This document shows, one piece after another, positions 53,723 through 64,000 of a stretch of DNA of 64,000 nt. Each line of letters opens with the position of its first letter. Position 1 is the first letter of the stretch. The position numbers and the translations under genes are program-made. The DNA lies in the NCBI GenBank assembly GCA_027604505.1, contig JADIIX010000027.1:1-64000 (forward strand). The letters run 5' to 3'. Below the pieces are notes generated by a model, which saw only the letters and a program-made list of their open reading frames with translations, had not been told where the DNA came from and did no database searches. This DNA is from Gonapodya sp. JEL0774. Lineage: Eukaryota.

Positions 53723-54012
53723 ACGGTATAGACGTAGACCCGGAGGAGGGGGGTGTTGGAGCGATGCGATATTTGGTGTGACGAACATAAGAACCATGAG
53801 GGACTCTGTGTTGTGAAGCGGATTCTCATGACGGTGGCACTCTCTTTGTAATATTGCACCCGCGTTTACAGTACATGAGACTTTTACTTTTCACGGATGT
53901 TAGTAGATACGGAAGTTTGTTTACATGACGAATATGTGACGAACAAAACTAGAACCTCCAAAATGTTTCGAAGGCCAATACAGCCCCCGCTTGCCCAGGT
54001 CCTTGGAATGTC

Positions 54013-56814
54013 TCAGCGCCGCAACCGCTGGTCCAAACTCGCTCGTTGTTGTGCCAACCAGCTGCTTCCCACGGGACTCGGCGGCGCTTTTCCTGCCACC
54101 ATCTGCGGTTGCCCGTTCATACCCATACTCCGCCGCTGGAGTTGCATACCGACGTCGTACCAGGCCGACATCAACAGCCGCTGTTCACGACGGGCTGAAC
54201 TCCGAGTCTCGTCGAGGGCGTCTTTCGTCTCCTCGAGGGTTTTCCGAAGACGCGCGATATCAGACTCTTTAGCGGCGATTTCGGATTTTAAGGAAGTGAG
54301 TGCCTCGTTGAAGTTGACAGCATCCTTCATGGGACATGAAACAGCCCCACGTGTGAAAGGTTACTATCCCAAACAGTGACAAACCAGGCTACTGGGGAGT
54401 GTCACTCACCGACCCGACGCCTGCAGCTTTGAGTTCTTTTATAGTCGAATCTTGAGTAACAATGTAGTCCTTGGCTTTCTTCAAAGCTTTCTCCAGTGTG
54501 CTATTGCGGGCTTCAAGTTGCTTGCTTCTTTCCACCTCCGCAGCAAGTTTAGCAAGGGCTTCCGCTAGCTCAGAGTTGTTCTGTACCCTACTTACGCGGA
54601 AACAATGAGTATGGACTGATTGTAAGCGTAAGGGCCACTTACTTAGCTTCCGCATTGGCTCGTTCCAACTCGGCTCTCGTCGCCCTCAATTCAGCTTTTG
54701 TCTTCTCCAATTCCTCCCTCAATGAATCGTCCCTCACACTCTTAGATCGAGCGTCCGCCAATTCACGTTCAAGGTGTGATACTTGAGAAAGGCTTGAGAG
54801 AGTAAACTTGTTGGAACATGTTATGCACACGATGGTGCTCAAAACGCACTTACAGGTGACTCCGGTCTTCATAGTCGTTGCCTATATCCCGCGATGCCGC
54901 TCTTGCAGCTGCACCTATCAGGCAGAGTGCAATCTGTTAGCTGCGCCATTAACAGGTGGTTGACAGCCCTCTAACACAAACCAGCTACATCGGACTCTGC
55001 GAGTCTCTCTTCCAGTTCCACAGTCCTCATGTCTGCTTCTTTTCGAGCTTCTTGTTCTCTCTCCGCCATCTCCTTCCATTTGTTGGCGTCCATTTCAGCC
55101 ATACTCTTTTCCTTGGCCAACATCCTCAACTTGGACTCCAGCTGCTCAACCTGGTACTTTTCTCCCGCACCTTGCGTTCTTGCGTCTAGCAATCTCGTAT
55201 ATTCTTCTCGAACCCGTTCCAGCTCCAACCGGGCCGCCTCGCATTCCTCTTTTACATTGGTGAGTTCCCGGCGTAACTCCACAGACTCCTCGGCCCGTTT
55301 ACGGAACCTTTCCAATGCCGCTTCTGCTTTGGCGTGCTGATCAGCGATAAGACGAAGAGAAGAAAGCTCGTCTTTCAACCGAGGAATTTCGTCAGCGTCG
55401 CGGGCAAGAGAGTCCAGCTTCACCAACAGGTCAGAGACTTCGAGTTTACAGTCAACCTGTCAGCCTGACATGGTTCTTACCTTTCTTTGGAGTTCCAAGT
55501 GCTCTTCTCTTTCCTTTTCGTACCGCTGTTGAGATTCTTGCCGACGCGCATCGCTCTCCTCCCTAGCCGTTGTGGTATTGAGTCATCCTTGTCGTCATGA
55601 ACGTACTTTTCGTTTAGGCCAAACTCACAGTTCCCTTTTGAGAGCACCGATTTCACTCCTCAGCAAGAAGTCCACCTTTCCATCACGTTGTGCTTGCTTC
55701 GCCTGTGTAAGCTGTTGCTCAAGATCAGTTACTCGTGCGAGAAGCTGCTCAGACTCTGATAGGTTTTGGTCCTGGTGCAAATATAGAATTGGTGGTGGTT
55801 AGAAGAGAGAAGGTTGTTGACGTGGGAAGGCTCGCATTTGGTCTCGTGACTTCCCCTTTTGATTTTCCGCCGCCACCACACGCAAAACATAGTGAATTGT
55901 TCCTTTTGTAAACGATTCAACGATTCAACACACCAGCTGCTCTCGATATTCTGCGATTTGGTCCATCAAAGCGTTATTCTCTTCTGCAAGCTCTTTCTCG
56001 CGCTCTGAAAAACCATTGTAGGCAGACGCAGCTGCAGCCGAGTGGCCTGAGCCTCCGAGCTCGGTTTCGAGGTCAGGATCCACATGAGGTTCAGGTTCCT
56101 CATCCCTAACAAGTCGTTCGGAATATGCCATGAACAACTTAGAGCTACCGAACGAAGGAAAAAAGAGAGAAGGCTACCAGACTCACTCATCAGGTACGTC
56201 ACCTTGTAACCTCTGAATGACATTTTCAATCACAACCATCAGGGCGTGTTGGGATGTTTGGTCCAAAGACTGGATGAGCTGAATGTAACGCTGGTTGTCC
56301 TCGCATTGAACCGCAACAGCCACAACAAGGGCAGCAAGTTTGAGTGTTTCATGAGTCTCGGCATCTCGAGCCACCGCGTTCAGGTTTGGCTGCTCGAGAA
56401 GTTGAACAGAGAGTCCCAGGACCTCCTCAAAGTAGCCATTGACGAGCTGAGCAAGTCGTTTGAGGTTGTTGTACTTCAGGACCCAGTTGGGACCACATTC
56501 CAGCGTCTTTATTGATGCAAACCAGGTTGGGTCTCTAAATTGGGGACATATGAAACCGATGTTGGTGACCGCAACCAGGTTTTCACGATTCTCCGGTCAC
56601 TCAAGCCCATCCAGAGCTTTCAGACACTACATCAATCAACTTCCGATCCCCATTAATCCGTTAGAACCCACATCTCGCACAAGATGGCGGCAAATGCTGC
56701 TCCGTCTGCCAGATCCGCCACAACTGCTGCTGCCAATCCCGGGTACGAAGGCAAAAGCACCGCATTCACCCAAGACACGACGCCTTTGGCAAGTTCTGGT
56801 GAATCCGTCGGCAT
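54013..56814 (-). CDS. HOOK: HOOK-family dynein adaptor
   Basis: SWVN...DLADGAAFAAILCEI|DPTWF...NWVLKYNNLKRL; AVQCE...YIQLIQSLDQTSQHALM; coiled coil; REQRLLMSAWY. Confidence 0.9.
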
Positions 56815-57179
56815 TTGCGCGGGTTTCGGTGAAGGACTGATTGGGGTGAAGAAGGGGTGGCTATGTGCTCATGCGCACCTGTCATTTCACTCTCTCCCTT
56901 CCATTTGGACCTCACAAGCAGGTGCAATTGAGAGGCACTCCAAAATGTATTCTAGCGTCTTCCAGGCTACAATATTACGTATTGCATTTCTCGGACCCAT
57001 TCTATATGCCCCAGTGAACCGACGGAGGCATACAATCGCTCATATCAAGAGGCAGAGAAGCTTTAAAAACCTCCATCCTCTGTTGCCAAGAAGGCAGAGG
57101 AATTTCCCTGCTTTTGTCACGGCCGTGTCACTGCACGTCCCAAGTTTGCCACGACATTTTGTGCAGCGCTTGATCCCAA

Positions 57180-58670
57180 ATGGCGACGCCTTCTGGTGGG
57201 CGGATCGTCACGCTGAAGGCTGAGATCGAAGAGGTTGATGCGAGCATCAAGTGAGTATCTGCGGGGTTTCATCCCTGTGTCAGTCCTGGTTCCTGACGAT
57301 ATTACTTTGTGAAAATCTGCCTGTGCCCAAGATCAATATACAACGAGCTGGACGCCATCGAAACATGGGACCGGCAGCAATTAACGGTTTTCCTGCAGCC
57401 GTATCTACCTCCTCCGAACCCTCCTCTCCCCTCCGCTACCCCTCCTCCCACTCCCGAACCTCCGGTATCCCGGCCGTCTTCTCGTAACCGCCCTCTGCAA
57501 TCACAACGACCAGTAAATCCTCAAATCCCTCTATCTCGAGTCTCTCAAAATGCTCAGAAACCCCCAATCCCCCCTTCATCTGCAACAACACCTCCGCCAT
57601 CGTTTCCGTTCAACCATACCGATTCTCAAGATGCCGCTTCTCCTCGCGAATCGGAGAATCCACCTTCCCCTTCTTCCTCTCTCCCTCCTGCCACTGTGCC
57701 CCATCAGCGACCATTGTCCCCGTTTCATCGTCGGCGTCCTGGCGGCGCCAACTCCCTTGCGTCAGCTCCGGACGACGAAGCCGGTGAAACCTCAGGCGCC
57801 GAAACCTCAGACTCCGGCATTTCAGATAGGAGAGTGGCTGGAGGAAGAAATCCCGAGGAGGAGCGGATGAAGACATGGCGAAAACTCATACTGCGGGTGC
57901 AGGAGGACATCTCCAACCTAAGATGTGGCCCCAAGTTTAAAAGTCTGAACAGACAAGAGGATCAGGAGATGAATAAATTTGCACGGGAACATGTGGACTT
58001 AGATTCGATAAAGAAGGGTGTACGGAATGGGGTGAGTTGGGCTGAAAGAGGAGCTTCAATGTCATAGTTGAGTTAATATGGCATTCCGGAGAGAAACGCT
58101 GGCGAATGTAGAACCGCCCATTGATTGTGTAACAACTTGGTGTCCATCGCCTGGGCAACTGCTTCGTGTTGTTCGTCACCTCAAACGAATTTTTGATCCC
58201 CACAGACTATCAATACTACAGCACAGTTTCATCGACACGTCCTTCTCATGACGCTAAACCACCTTATGTTTTACCGGGAAGGCACTCCTAAACATGCCGA
58301 GGCATACGAACTCCGAGAGCAGGCCGAGGACATCGTTCGGAGCTGTCGAATGAATCTGGAGAGAGTTCAGGGAAGGAGGAAAGATAGCTTAGGAGCCAGT
58401 GATTGGCCTTTCCGCGGAGAAAGTGCTGGCAGCGGGATGTCTCTGGGCAGTGGTGGGTGGAACATTTTGAGTTGTGTTTTCCTTACACTTTTGAGGACCA
58501 ACTGAGACCAATCGATCATCGTTATTTTCCTCATGGTGCCAAATTACTCAGACTTTGACCGTTCTTCCCCTGTTCCGCCCGACGTGCCGCAGTCAGTCCC
58601 CGTTCTTCCATTGGCACCCAAGGAAATAAAACCCGAAGGTCATGTCGCCAAGAAGGCGAGAGGAAAGTGA
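57180..58670 (+). CDS. Divergent bromodomain protein (BRD8-like)
   Basis: Pro-rich linker, then WRKLIL...VDLDSIKKGVRNG|TINTTAQFHRHVLLMTLNHLMFY. Confidence 0.6.
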
Positions 58671-58834
58671 TGTGGTTCGAATATGTAAATATACGATGGA
58701 TTTTTTGAGTAATTACCGCAACTACAATCTTCGTGAAAGTGAGACTGGTGGTGCATGATGGAGCCCTCTTCAGTCCAACATCCACAGCAATATACCCCAT
58801 ACTTACCGTGTTCCGGCTATCATAACCAGCCAAG

Positions 58835-59909
58835 ATGACCGAAAAACCGCCCTCGGAGGCCCCTGCTCCGCCTTCCTCCACCACACCTGCGACTCCTGCG
58901 TCTGCGGATCATCCGATGAAGGAAGAACCGACAAACGAACCTTCTGCGCAGGTTACAGCGGATACCAGGGATAAAGGAAAGGAGCCAGCAGATTCAAGTG
59001 CAGGTGTTGCAGTAGGAGGTGACTCGGAGGTTTGTTATACTACCTGAGAACGACTGCTTTTCCAGATTTGAGACGCTGAAGCTCAAGCTGAACGGACACC
59101 GCCTTTTATGTTTCCATGACACGCGTGACTCACAATCCGCGACATGAATCGATACATCTACTACCTACTGATATCTAATCGTTTCTGGACCGGTGGAAAC
59201 TTGCTCTTTCTTCTTGGGCAGGATGCCACCCCGGAGAAGCTTCGTGAAGCAGAAGCGCATTTGCAGGAGCTTATGCAGAGGAAAAGACAGACGGAGCGAA
59301 GTCTGGTAAGACCTTAGAACACCCAATGAGCCTGCCAGACCCTCACTTCTCTTCTGTCTGGCTGCGCTCCGTTCCTAGGCCAATCTCGAGAACCAAATAT
59401 ACAAATTCGAAACATCGTATCTGGAAGACACAGGAGCCATAGGGAACATAGTGAAGGGATTCGAGGGATATGTTAATATGTCGCGTGGAGCTTCCTCGCG
59501 TCAGAAGCAGAGGGTTGCAGAAACTGACAGAGTGTTCTCCAGGAGCTCAACCACTTATGAACAGGTAATGTGCACTTGAAGATTACCTGCCGGGATCTTC
59601 TATTCTTTCATGGATGCCCGGTGGGATTGTTCGACGGACTGTGACTTCATTCAGCCTCTAAAACAAAATGATTCTGCCTTGTTCCCGCACACAAACCAGT
59701 CTATCGCTCATATTCGTGAAAAAGAGGCTCGACATGAACAGCAGCAGCAGCTCAAGAAGCACCGACTGTCGTCCGAAACCCCAGCAATGGGCGCCAGCAT
59801 GGCCTCCAGCAGCACAGTTCTTTCAGCGATGCAACAACAGCAAATGATGTCCCCAAACCACAAAAAAAAAAAGAAGAGATGGAGTGGCGCCGATGAAGAC
59901 TACCGATGA
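58835..59909 (+). CDS. EAF6: NuA4 histone acetyltransferase subunit Eaf6
   Basis: LQELMQRKRQTERSL|ANLENQIYKFETSYLEDT..GNIVKGFEGY...DRVFSRSS. Confidence 0.92.
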
Positions 59910-60121
59910 GGCTGTGCGAGAATCAATTCTTGACATGCTTTGCATTTAAATGAGTCGTGACGGCAAACAATTCAGCAGTCATTTTTTTTTCTGTACATAA
60001 CATGCATGGTTCGACTGCGTATATCGCGGTCTGTTTTACGTTTGATGCAAAAGGTTCAATTGTGTCGCGGTGTGTAGTTGCCTCACGAACGTCAACTTAC
60101 TGGCTACTGTATTTACACGGA

Positions 60122-63100
60122 ATGGCTTCCCAAGGCCCCCGAGTATTTCTTTCAGGCGTGGACACGCCGCTTGGGCACACCATCTCGCGGCTCCTGTCAC
60201 GTACTGTTGTTGGTTCGCGCCGACCACCATCCGATGAGAACGCCGAAACGGAGAAGGACGAAACTGCGGATGATGATTCTGGAGAGAGGTCGCACGCGCC
60301 AAAACCAACCTACAGGGTCGTAGGCACGCTTACTGTCCCACGCATGTCTTACCCTGAGGCATTGGATTACTCAGCTGGCAATGTTCCTGGAGTCATGTCT
60401 GAGACTGGAGATCGGGCACGTGATACACGGCGCAGAGAAGCCATAGAGAAGTTTGCACTGCCGGGCGTATGCCCAGCGTGGGTGGAAAGCGTGGTAGAGG
60501 TGGGAGATTATGTTGGGAGTTCGTGCTTTGAATTTGTCATGTTTCCATTGACGTTTCTCGTTCACATGTTCCAGTCCCGGGACAGAGAGAAATTGAAGGA
60601 GGAGCTAATGGCATCAGATGTTATCATTTACGACACGTTGAGATGCATGGACGAAGCGGTTTGGGCGGCAGAGAGTACGTAGACGTTCCGTGTTCAAGGT
60701 CATTCTGCCAACATAACGCTCGGCGCAGCTCTGTCTGCTGCTGCTGAAACATACCCGGACAAGCCCAAGCTCTTTGTTGCCCTTTCCACCGTCTTGACGT
60801 GGGCGCGAACGAAACCGGAGGAGGTCAGTCAAAGCTCCATCACCGAACAATGAAAATTTGATCTGGTTTGTCTACACTCTTTGTTGGGTCATCTGTGTGA
60901 AAAGGATGATCCGGACGGTGTTCTCCACGACTATGAATTTCGCCGTCGGAGAGCACACCCGAATTTTAAAGCGAACCTCGCAGCGGAGAAGGCCATTAGC
61001 AAAGCTGGAAAGAAAACCTCTTTCCACACGTGAGTACTTGTCCAAGGGAGGAACTGCTGTATTCTATTTCACTGTGTGCTGTTGTCGTAGCTACATCGTG
61101 AATGTCGGGCTTGTGTGGCACTCCGGTGAATCGATATTCCATTATTTTTTGAAGGTAAGCAGATTGCTGTTTTTCTCCGCAATTTGATCCTTGTTCCGTA
61201 ATGGCCGTATCCGCAGAGCGCCTGGCACAATGCCGATTCTCTCACCGTCTATGGAGATGGCAACAACATCGTTCCCACTATTCACATAGATGACTTGGTG
61301 AACATTGTTGTGGATGTGGTAGATTCACCCCCTGGTGAGCAAAAGTATATCCTAGCAGTGGATGACTCCAAGAATACGATGATGGACATCGCCAAGGTTC
61401 GAAGGAGCGAGTCCACCCTTGCAGTGGGAGCATGTGAACTCACCATGAGACATATGCTTGTCAGGCCATCTCTGCTGCACTGGGGACCGGCAAGGTTGAC
61501 CTTGTGGCGAAAGAACATGCTCTGCTCCAAAAGAGGTTCACCCAGTACGAATATGACACAATCACAATGAACTTGAAAATGGACCCAGGAAAATCCAAAG
61601 AAATGGCCTTCGAATGGAAGTATGAGGTCCGTTCCTGGCTGAGATCGTCCGAGTCTTTGTCCCTTAACTAACCTTGAGTTGAAGTCCGGAATAGCCGAGA
61701 ACATGGCGGTCTTAGTGCAGGAGTACAAGGACGCCCGTGGGCTCTGGCCGCTTAAAATTGTTGTTCATGGCCCACCAGCTTGCGGGAAAACGACACTTGC
61801 AAAGGCGCTGTCTGAGTACTATAAAATCCACTATATTGACGCAGACGGAGTGATGAAGAGTGTGGTCGAAAAGCTTGTGAGCAAACTTTTTGCGGGAATG
61901 AAACTCTATGAGCTGCGCGTTCCTCATACTTGACGATTGTTACAGGAAAGCCGGGCTGCTGCTGCTGCAACAGATGCAGAGAATTCTGAAGATGATCCTG
62001 AGGCTGCAAAAGAACTTCTCGAGGAGCTTCAAACTGCTCTAAAAGCAAATGGAAGCTACCCTGTGGAAAAAGTCGCTGGGTTCATCAGGGAGCGGCTCAA
62101 CAGCATGCCATGTAAAAATCAGGGGTACATTCTCGACAGTTATCCTGCAACGATGGAGGATGCTGGGATGGTGTTTAAGAGTGGGTCAAGTAAATCGAAA
62201 TTCGATCGAAGTGCTTCAAGTGACATTCGTTCATGGTGGAATCGTTCCACAGTTCTCGATGACGATGACTCAGGCGACGACAAGAAAGCGAAATTTGACG
62301 AGATCGTGATGCCGGAAATCGTAATCGCACTGGAAGCGTCTGACGACTTCCTTAAAGATCGAGTAATGAAACTTCCGGAGACAGACGATCTCAAGTCCAA
62401 GTACGCGGAAGAAAGTAAGGGTCATATCAAACATTTTTCTACGTATTACGACCAATGATTGATCAACATGATGTTCCCCAAGATTTCTTGAAGTCTCTTG
62501 AAAACTACGCTAAAGTCAATACACCGGACACCACTGTCCTCAACTACTTCGACGAGAACGAAGTTCATCCTCTTGCAGTCAGTGCGGAGACTGCGGACCC
62601 ATTGAAACTACAGGAGGATGTTATTTTGAAAATCGGGAAGCCCAGAAACTACGGTGCAACAAAAGAGGAGATTGGGGAACGAAACAGAATTCGAGATGAA
62701 GAGAAGGTCTGTCATCGTTTTGTGGAACCATGTCAAATCAAGCTGATTTGTTTTCAGGCTCGAGAAGCTGCTATTGCTGCCGAGCGCCAGCTCCTTCGTG
62801 AGCAAGAAGAATCGGAGAGACAAGCTAAAGCTCTAATAGAATGGAACCTCCGTCTTGAGGAAGTCCGCAAGCAAGAACGGGAGGTTCTAGAGGCGCAGAG
62901 TATCCCCCTTCGCAATTATTTGATGAAATATGTCATGCCAACGGTATCACAGGCCCTAATTGAGGTTGTGAAAGTAAGGCCTGAGGACCCGATTGATTAT
63001 TTAGTGAGTTGAATTGGGCAGCTAGTTTTGCTCAGGCGCCTTAATTTTTTTGTCCCGAGAATTCACGCTGTGGGTCGTTTGGTGGCCAGGCGGAATACCT

Positions 63101-63140
63101 CTTCAAGCACGCAAATGCATCACCCCCATCTTCCACATGA
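60122..63140 (+). CDS. AK7: Adenylate kinase 7 (axonemal; Rossmann-like + AK + Dpy-30)
   Basis: LSTVLTWART; RRRAHPNFK; GDGNNIVPTIHIDDL; P-loop GPPACGKT; PLRNYLMKYVMPTV...RPEDPIDYL|AEYLF. Confidence 0.94.
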
Positions 63141-63359
63141 TGAAAGTGGACAAGAGAGTCGAATCTGTGAAGACTTATTATGTACTTCACAATGCATCCA
63201 TTGGTCAGCATCCGCAAAAAAATGTATTTCACTTCCTGGTAAAACAAATTTCAAGACGTAATACATAATCGAAATCATCAAAGTACAATCTACACTTCAC
63301 CTCGAGTGCTCAACCACATAGGCACTGGGCCTCGAAGCATTATGAACATTGAGGCTTCC

Positions 63360-64000
63360 CTACACGTCAAAAGTAACTCGACTTTCCTGTACTCTTCCCC
63401 GACGCCACACCCACTTCCCCTGCCCTGGTCGGACTGGAGCGTTTTGCCGCAGCACCTGCTCCCAGTCTGAATGACACCTGTGGGATCGTGGCGCCTGGCG
63501 CTGGAACTGGAGATGAAACTCGAGACGCAGGGCGTGTGGGGTCGTACGGGCGGTTGGTATCGTAAGGTCGAGAGGCAGGATCATAGCTGGAACCGGGGCG
63601 GGTCTGAATGGGTGGTATCCATAGCGTCCGCGATCACTCTCCCGGCTGGGACCACGAGTTAATCCATACACATGCAATTCCAACTCACCTTGTATTCCCT
63701 GCCCCCTAATGGAGCGTATTTGTCAAAATCCAGCTCGCCCACACCACCAAGTCCGCCCAATCCACCTAATCCGCCTGAAGTCCCACTGGCGCCTGCCCCA
63801 CCTAGCCCTGCCGAACGGGAATACCCTGTTGAGATTCCGCTAAAACCACCGAGGCCGCCGAGTGGACGGTGTATGGGGTCCTCGTTGAGCTGCTTATGAA
63901 GCCATTCGATAACTAGGGAATGAGGATCCGGCCCGTCGTTTTAGCATACCACAGCTTGTGTTCAGGCCAACCCCCTAGTACACGGGACACTGACTTACCA
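63360..64000 (-). CDS. 3' part of an unidentified spliced gene (Gly-rich exon), continues beyond window
   Basis: Open Gly-rich exon (HKQLNEDPIHRPLGGLGG...REYK) ending at a GTGAGT donor near 63688. The final exon and stop codon are uncertain. Confidence 0.4.

Noticed and set aside
56684..57223. 179-aa plus-strand ORF
   Set aside because: It overlaps HOOK exon 1 antisense and the intergenic region, with no recognisable features.

Overview
Eukaryotic, intron-rich, gene-dense DNA, most consistent with a flagellated (zoosporic, chytrid-like) fungus. It carries fungal-type NMA111, FMC1 and IDI1 together with the cilium-associated AK7; the species cannot be determined from sequence alone. The window has two parts. 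(1) About 1-9.1 kb is an accessory, repeat-rich block. One full-length initiator-type tRNA-Met gene (2720-2795, minus) is followed downstream by 16 tandem ~90-bp units. Each unit carries only the 3' half of that tRNA, starting at the anticodon loop, plus a T-rich terminator-like tract. Two hAT-like DNA-transposon remnants interrupt the array. The block also holds a second, truncated 5' half of the same tRNA (7647-7675), a ~1.2-1.5-kb direct repeat upstream of both tRNA 5' ends, and an orphan Cys-rich gene between them. (2) About 9.9-64 kb is ordinary housekeeping sequence: VMA4, SEC10, PRMT3, TRAPPC13, TRIR-like, SEN54, dynein roadblock, IDI1, PSMB3, RidA, a CNBD channel, COG7, an MFS transporter, FMC1, a hemerythrin, NMA111, PGS1, HOOK, a bromodomain protein, EAF6 and AK7. 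It includes an apparent misjoin or deletion near 52.0 kb that removes the 5' halves of both NMA111 and PGS1. Gene coordinates are hand-spliced spans from start to stop codon, including introns. No database search was run.
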